Positions 44,184 through 48,817 of a stretch of DNA of 48,817 nucleotides are shown piece by piece; the stretch's first letter is position 1; each line of letters begins with the position of its first letter. Source of the DNA: a virus (Duplodnaviria; Caudoviricetes); the IMG/VR virus record IMGVR_UViG_3300048855_000177, positions 1-48,817 of that record. One strand, written 5' to 3'. Made by a program: the position numbers and the translations under genes. Below the pieces are notes generated by a model. It saw nothing but the letters and a program-made list of their open reading frames with translations, did no database searches and had not been told where the DNA came from.

Positions 44184-44933
44184 GTGCCGAACGAGATTTC
44201 CAATCAGACGCCGACCATGTCGAGCCGCGAAATCGCGGAACTGGTCGACTCTTCGCACGACAGCGTGCTCAAAACGGTTCGAGCCCTGGTTGCCCGGGGT
44301 GTCGTTTCCGGAAACGAGACCCCCTATCGGCACCCGCAGAATGGTCAGTCGTATCCTGAATTCCTGCTGACCTTCCGAGATACGATGGTCGTGGTGTCCG
44401 GCTATAGCGCCGAGCTGCGCGCCCGCATCATCGACCGATGGCAGGAGTTGGAGAAGGTCGTCGCCCCGCTGGCGCCGATGCATGCCCTGCCTCAGTCGTT
44501 TGCGCAGGCGCTGCAGCTCGCCGCCGACCAGGCCCGCCAGATTGAGCAGCAGAACGCCACGATCGCCGAGCAGGCGCCGAAGGTCGATCTCTACGAGCGA
44601 CTGCTGAATGCTGGCGGTCTGATCGGACTGCAGGATGCCGGCCGGGCGCTCCACTGCCATCCCAACCTGTTCATCCGTGACGTGGTGATTCCTGACTACT
44701 GCTTCCGCGATGGAAGCCGGATCGTCGCCAAGCAGTCCTGGGTCCAGCGCGGACTTTTCGAGAACAAGGCCTTCACAGCCCCGAACGACAAAGTCCTGCT
44801 TCGCGCATGGATGACGCCGAAGGGCCTCGCTCATTTCGGCACAGTCCGGATCCCGGACCATGTGAAGAACCCGCCACGCGCATCAGCAACCAAGTCCGTC
44901 CCTGCGATCTCCGCAGCGGCTACGGCTTATTGA
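44184..44933 (+). CDS. Rha-family regulator fused to phage antirepressor KilAC/ANT domain
   Basis: TMSSREIAELV...SGYSAELRARIIDRWQELE; LPQSFAQALQLAAD...APKV..Y; TPKGL. Confidence 0.85.
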   Translation: MPNEISNQTPTMSSREIAELVDSSHDSVLKTVRALVARGVVSGNETPYRHPQNGQSYPEFLLTFRDTMVVVSGYSAELRARIIDRWQELEKVVAPLAPMHALPQSFAQALQLAADQARQIEQQNATIAEQAPKVDLYERLLNAGGLIGLQDAGRALHCHPNLFIRDVVIPDYCFRDGSRIVAKQSWVQRGLFENKAFTAPNDKVLLRAWMTPKGLAHFGTVRIPDHVKNPPRASATKSVPAISAAATAY

Positions 44934-44937
44934 GGGG

Positions 44938-45231
44938 ATGGAAATGGTCAGCCTTGCGTCCCCATCACCCCTCGACATCTTGGAGCCAGCGGCGTGCGGC
45001 TGCTTCGAAGACCCCGAAATCTGCATGTGCTTGGCCGCCGAGCGCGCCCTTCGGCATGTCATCCGCACTCGCGGAAAGCTGACTGAAGAGCAGCGCGAAT
45101 GGTGCCTGACCGAAATCGATCAAGTCGAAGGCTACGACCGCAGCACCCTCGCGGGATACGCCGACGACGATGTGGCGCAAGCAGTCCTGAATGCTTGGGC
45201 TGACTACGCTCGCGACAAGGGAATGCTGTGA
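44938..45231 (+). CDS. Hypothetical protein
   Basis: Coupled ORF in PL operon. Confidence 0.6.
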   Translation: MEMVSLASPSPLDILEPAACGCFEDPEICMCLAAERALRHVIRTRGKLTEEQREWCLTEIDQVEGYDRSTLAGYADDDVAQAVLNAWADYARDKGML

Positions 45232-45707
45232 TGTCAGAGCCCCGCCCCCGCTTCAATGCCGAAATCGCCAAGCTGGCCGCAGCTGAGATAGTCGACTCAC
45301 TGATCGCGCAGCGCCTGGTCGGCGCTTCCGAGCGAGACGAATGCATTGCCGGCATCGCGAAGCACGCCGGTCCGCATGACGATGGATACACTATCGCCAA
45401 GGCAATGGACCGTTACGAGCACTGGGATTGCGATTTTCAGATTGCGGAAGTGCTCGATGGGTTCGGAAACGCATGCGATGGCTACATGCGCCAGGCCGAA
45501 AAGGAATGGGCTGCGCGAACAAATCCTCAGCCACCGGTGCCAATGGGGACCCGTATCAAGCTCTCCTGGGGCAAGTCCGGCATTATCGACGGCATCAGCT
45601 CATACAGCGTCGCAAGCTATGAGGTGAAGGTTGACGGCGAGCCAGAAAACTCCCGGTACATCGTTCGCTTTGAAGAGGCAGTCGCAGCTGAGACGGAGAC
45701 GGTGTGA
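45228..45707 (+). CDS. Hypothetical protein (C-terminal SH3/KOW-like beta region)
   Basis: Coupled ORF; PMGTRIKL..GKSGIIDG...YEVKVDG. Confidence 0.65.
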   Translation: MMSEPRPRFNAEIAKLAAAEIVDSLIAQRLVGASERDECIAGIAKHAGPHDDGYTIAKAMDRYEHWDCDFQIAEVLDGFGNACDGYMRQAEKEWAARTNPQPPVPMGTRIKLSWGKSGIIDGISSYSVASYEVKVDGEPENSRYIVRFEEAVAAETETV

Positions 45708-45895
45708 TGGGCGAGTACAAGCGCAAGCTCCCAGAGCATGACTTCAAATGCCCCGTCTATCCACAGCCGGAGCAAGGTGACTACGACGAGCAAGAGGATC
45801 AGCGCGAAGCCTCGACCCTGCTTTCGTTTGTCGTCATCAGCCTGTGCATCGGCGTCGCCTGCGGCTGGGCCGGCATCCTTACAGGGAGGATCTGA
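45707..45895 (+). CDS. Small C-terminal TM protein
   Basis: LLSFVVISLCIGVACGWAGIL. Confidence 0.55.
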   Translation: MGEYKRKLPEHDFKCPVYPQPEQGDYDEQEDQREASTLLSFVVISLCIGVACGWAGILTGRI

Positions 45896-46500
45896 TGGCA
45901 CGCAGTGCGCGCAGCACATGCAGGCTCACCGTGGAGCAGCTCACGGCAGATCGGCCGCAGCGCGCCAGCGTCGGTGCGGCGATGCGCTACCTTGCGCGCT
46001 GCAGCCCGGAGGAACGGGCCGAAGCAATGGCCCGCGTTGATGCGGCATTCGCAGAGATACAAGCGGCGCCGATCGCCTTCACAGGCCCCGGCATCCCGAA
46101 GGCCCGCACCAGCCTCTACCTGAAAAAGAACATGGTGCCAGTCGCTTTCGTCATTCTGGAGGATCACCGCGCCGATCGCGGCACGCTGCGCGCATCGACG
46201 GACGGATCGGTCCGGCGATCTTTCTGGTTCAGCGCAGAGCGTCTGATCATCGAGGAGCAGGATGAAAATCTGGTGCTGGCCGGCATCCCGCGGCGAACGC
46301 GGACATGGATCAACGAGAAGAACAAGTCCGCCCGCCTCGGCTATGCGGCCCGCTCTGATCTCGAAGGAGAAGCGACTGACGAACGGCGCGCAACGTGGAA
46401 GCGGCTTTGCGAAATCGCCGACGCGACAGAACAGATCATCGACAAGGCGCGGAAGATTCCTACCCGTCGCAGCACCCTTACCGGCCTCAACCCATGGTGA
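45895..46500 (+). CDS. Hypothetical protein
   Basis: GGAGG RBS, TGATG overlap. Confidence 0.65.
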   Translation: MARSARSTCRLTVEQLTADRPQRASVGAAMRYLARCSPEERAEAMARVDAAFAEIQAAPIAFTGPGIPKARTSLYLKKNMVPVAFVILEDHRADRGTLRASTDGSVRRSFWFSAERLIIEEQDENLVLAGIPRRTRTWINEKNKSARLGYAARSDLEGEATDERRATWKRLCEIADATEQIIDKARKIPTRRSTLTGLNPW

Positions 46501-46505
46501 TCAGC

Positions 46506-46739
46506 ATGAGCAACGTTCTGGAGATGCGGCCCCGCGCCGAGACGGTGAAGGAAATGGCCGAGTATCTCGTTGCCGCCATCCTTCACGGCGGGCTCGACAC
46601 GTCCAACGACGTCGACGTGATCGAATGCCTTCGCTGCGCAGCGCCCCGCTACCACTATCGGAAGGTCCTGGATCACATGGATGACGCCATGGTCGAGGCA
46701 AAGCAGATCCTGATCGCAGCGGAGATGAGCAAGTCATGA
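46506..46739 (+). CDS. Hypothetical protein
   Basis: MSNVLEMRPRAET... Confidence 0.6.
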   Translation: MSNVLEMRPRAETVKEMAEYLVAAILHGGLDTSNDVDVIECLRCAAPRYHYRKVLDHMDDAMVEAKQILIAAEMSKS

Positions 46740-46891
46740 CTGATGTGATCTGCGCGCTTTTATTAGGCGCCTGCATTGGCGGCCTCATCGTTCTCTACTG
46801 GATGTCTCCGAAGAAACCTCTTCGAGACACCTTCAACGACATCCACCATTCCGAAGATAGCCTCGAGCAGCGCGCGCGGAGAGTGCAATGA
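46736..46891 (+). CDS. 51-aa N-terminal TM protein (not in ORF track)
   Basis: MTDVICALLLGACIGGLIVLYW...; ATGA overlaps at both ends. Confidence 0.6.
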   Translation: MTDVICALLLGACIGGLIVLYWMSPKKPLRDTFNDIHHSEDSLEQRARRVQ

Positions 46892-47301
46892 ACCTTCGCG
46901 GCCAAGAGCGACGCGAGTTTCCCCTGTCGGTCCGCAAGGCCGCGTTCAAGCGCTGCTGCCGCGCCGGCGTGCCGCACTGTGAGACCTGCGGCTCCGAGCT
47001 CAATGGTCGCACCGGGACAATCTACGAGCACGTCGTTCCCGAGGGCCTGGGCGGTGAACCGACGCTGGACAACTGCAAGGTCCACTGCCGCACATGCGCG
47101 GACATCAAGACCTTCACCGAGGATAATCCACGCATGCAGAAAGCTGATCGGGTGCTGAAGAAGAACCACGGGCTGCGAGCCAAGCGATCGCAGATCAAGT
47201 CTGGCGGGTTTGAGCCGGCAGGTGCGCAGCGTCGCGCATCTGGCCAGGTCAACAAGTGGCGGGGATACGCACCATTCAATCAGCGTGAGGAATTGTCATG
47301 A
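46888..47301 (+). CDS. HNH endonuclease-like protein
   Basis: CETCG...EHVVPEGLGG...NCKVHCRTC. Confidence 0.8.
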   Translation: MNLRGQERREFPLSVRKAAFKRCCRAGVPHCETCGSELNGRTGTIYEHVVPEGLGGEPTLDNCKVHCRTCADIKTFTEDNPRMQKADRVLKKNHGLRAKRSQIKSGGFEPAGAQRRASGQVNKWRGYAPFNQREELS

Positions 47302-47795
47302 CGACAGCGCGCCAGACATCGCAACGGGCGATCGAGCCCGAGGACTATCTTTCCGAACAGGCCGTCTTAGCCAAGTGGCCGATGCTGACGGCGAAGGAAC
47401 TGAAAAAGGCTCGCAAATACAAGGCTATCGAGTTCTACGCCTTCCGCTCCGGCCCCTGTTACACTGCCGAGCAAGTCCAGCTTTACATCGACCAGACCTA
47501 TTTGCAGCAAGGTGAGCCATGCGAAGCGCCCGAAGATCGGCCCCTGCCGTCGCTGCCATCGCCGCCGAGCGGGCAGCAGATGAGCCATTCGAGCTCAACG
47601 GCCTCTATCTCGACCGCCCATATCCAAAACGCGGCGGTGTTGTCTATGCCTGCCGGTATGACGCCGGAGCTGGCTGCGTCCGCCGCCGAACTCTTAAGAC
47701 AACGGACTGGGAAGACGCCAAGGTCAGGCTCGCGGCGCTCGTCCTTTCAGCGCCCGCCGCAGCCGACGGCGGCATCCCTGGTCCTCATCAAGTGA
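47298..47795 (+). CDS. Excisionase-like DNA-binding protein
   Basis: YLSEQAV...ELKKARK...YTAEQVQLYI MerR/Xis-like N-terminus; immediately upstream of and overlapping the integrase. Confidence 0.55.
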   Translation: MTTARQTSQRAIEPEDYLSEQAVLAKWPMLTAKELKKARKYKAIEFYAFRSGPCYTAEQVQLYIDQTYLQQGEPCEAPEDRPLPSLPSPPSGQQMSHSSSTASISTAHIQNAAVLSMPAGMTPELAASAAELLRQRTGKTPRSGSRRSSFQRPPQPTAASLVLIK

Positions 47796-48817
47796 TGGCC
47801 GAGGCCGCCCTGAACAACTATCTGGACGGCCACGCCACGACGATACGGTCGGAGTCCGACGCGACGCGCGCCGTGACCCTCGCCAAGCAATACATGACCG
47901 ATCACGCCAAGAATCCGATGGCGCCGGTCTCATTCTGGACGCCGTCCCGCCAGCTAGAATTTGCAAAGTGGCTGCGAGATACGCTCGGCCATTCGCCAGC
48001 GTCCATCGAGCGCCGGCTTGACGTCGTATGCGCGGCCTTCCGTGAGATGACGGAGGTGAAGCTGCGGGTTGATCCGTTCGGCCAGACCGTCGAAACGGCG
48101 CTGATGACCCACGCGCCGAAGTTCGTCTACAAGCGCGCGCGGATCGCCAAAGAATTGAAGGTGGCTGCCTCGAAGCCGCGGCACACGACGATGTCCATCG
48201 ACGACGTCGCCAAGCTGCTCGACGCGATCAAGCTGGAGCATCTATTCCGGTTCGCGATCATCGGCCTGAACACATGGGCCCGGCCCGAGGCCATCGCCGA
48301 CTTCGATCCCAAGACGCAGCGCGTCGAAGGCCTGATCTATCTAAATCCGCCAGATCGGGTCGAGACGAATAAGCGTCGTCCGGACATCCCGGAAACCCGC
48401 TGCCTGGCCGCGTGGCTCGACAAGTGGGGCACGGATGAGCCGTTGCTCGTCTTCCAGGGCGAGCGCGTTGCAAGCGTCAAGAAGGCGTTCCGGACGCTGT
48501 CGAAGACCGTCGGCTTCAAGGTGAATCCCGGCTCGTTCCGCCACTTCATGAGCACCCGCGTGCGTGGTCTGTGCCGCCATGTCTCACGCGAACAGCGTTC
48601 CATCTGGATGGGTCACGTCGTCAAGGAAGGCTCGCGCACGACCGACAATTACGAGGCTTTCGATCCCGAATACCTGCGCGATGTTGCAATGGCGACCGAC
48701 TACGTGATGGAGCAGATCCAGGCGAAGTGCAGCCGGCAACTTCTGCTCATGAAGACACGATTGACGAAGCGTGAGATCGCCCATCTTGGCGCGCGAGCCG
48801 GAGGCGCAGGCAAATGA
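47519..48817 (+). CDS. int: Tyrosine recombinase (phage integrase)
   Basis: WARPEAI (Arg), TNKRR (Lys), SFRH, MGH, TTDNY (Tyr). Confidence 0.9.
   Translation: MRSARRSAPAVAAIAAERAADEPFELNGLYLDRPYPKRGGVVYACRYDAGAGCVRRRTLKTTDWEDAKVRLAALVLSAPAAADGGIPGPHQVMAEAALNNYLDGHATTIRSESDATRAVTLAKQYMTDHAKNPMAPVSFWTPSRQLEFAKWLRDTLGHSPASIERRLDVVCAAFREMTEVKLRVDPFGQTVETALMTHAPKFVYKRARIAKELKVAASKPRHTTMSIDDVAKLLDAIKLEHLFRFAIIGLNTWARPEAIADFDPKTQRVEGLIYLNPPDRVETNKRRPDIPETRCLAAWLDKWGTDEPLLVFQGERVASVKKAFRTLSKTVGFKVNPGSFRHFMSTRVRGLCRHVSREQRSIWMGHVVKEGSRTTDNYEAFDPEYLRDVAMATDYVMEQIQAKCSRQLLLMKTRLTKREIAHLGARAGGAGK

Larger units (their letters stand above)
1..48817. mobile_element. Temperate siphovirus prophage (HK97-type head, GTA-like long non-contractile tail, lambda-like immunity region)
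   Basis: Contiguous lysis, tail, head, packaging, replication, immunity and integration modules; window ends at the integrase stop codon; att sites not identified. Confidence 0.95.

Noticed and set aside
1-48817. attL/attR direct repeats, tRNA or rRNA genes
   Set aside because: None recognised by eye; the right att site probably lies beyond the integrase stop, outside the window

Overview
The window is a nearly complete temperate siphovirus prophage (~48.8 kb, GC-rich). The host is probably a Hyphomicrobiales alphaproteobacterium, most likely Bradyrhizobiaceae-like; this is inferred from the GapR/DUF2312 and GcrA-like genes, the GTA-type tail genes and two GTTC-N7-GTTC LexA boxes. From left to right it contains: a terminal cargo block (Panacea antitoxin with a membrane-protein partner, a LexA-boxed zinc-ribbon/SRAP operon, a frameshifted gene); a lysis module (RlpA-like hydrolase, spanin-like pair, M15 endolysin with a membrane tail); an acyltransferase-3 moron; tail and head genes on the minus strand (tape measure apparently starting at ATC, a -1 frameshifted tail chaperone, a protease-capsid fusion upstream of the portal, a collagen-like protein); terminase, putative cos site and HNH; a putative late regulator; a replication and host-mimic early operon (initiator, GapR, MT-A70, GcrA-like, DnaA_C); a lambda-like cro/cI switch with readable 17-bp operators; cargo in the cI-to-OL interval; and a PL operon ending in xis and a tyrosine integrase. 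The best candidate for an undescribed system lies in the rexAB-equivalent slot: a Nal1-like trypsin-fold serine protease translationally coupled to a small pro-domain-like protein. The protease and the adjacent lipoprotein gene are preceded by the same upstream motif (GCTTGCCCTC-N7-AGTTGCG). All product calls come from motif recognition by eye; no database searches were run.
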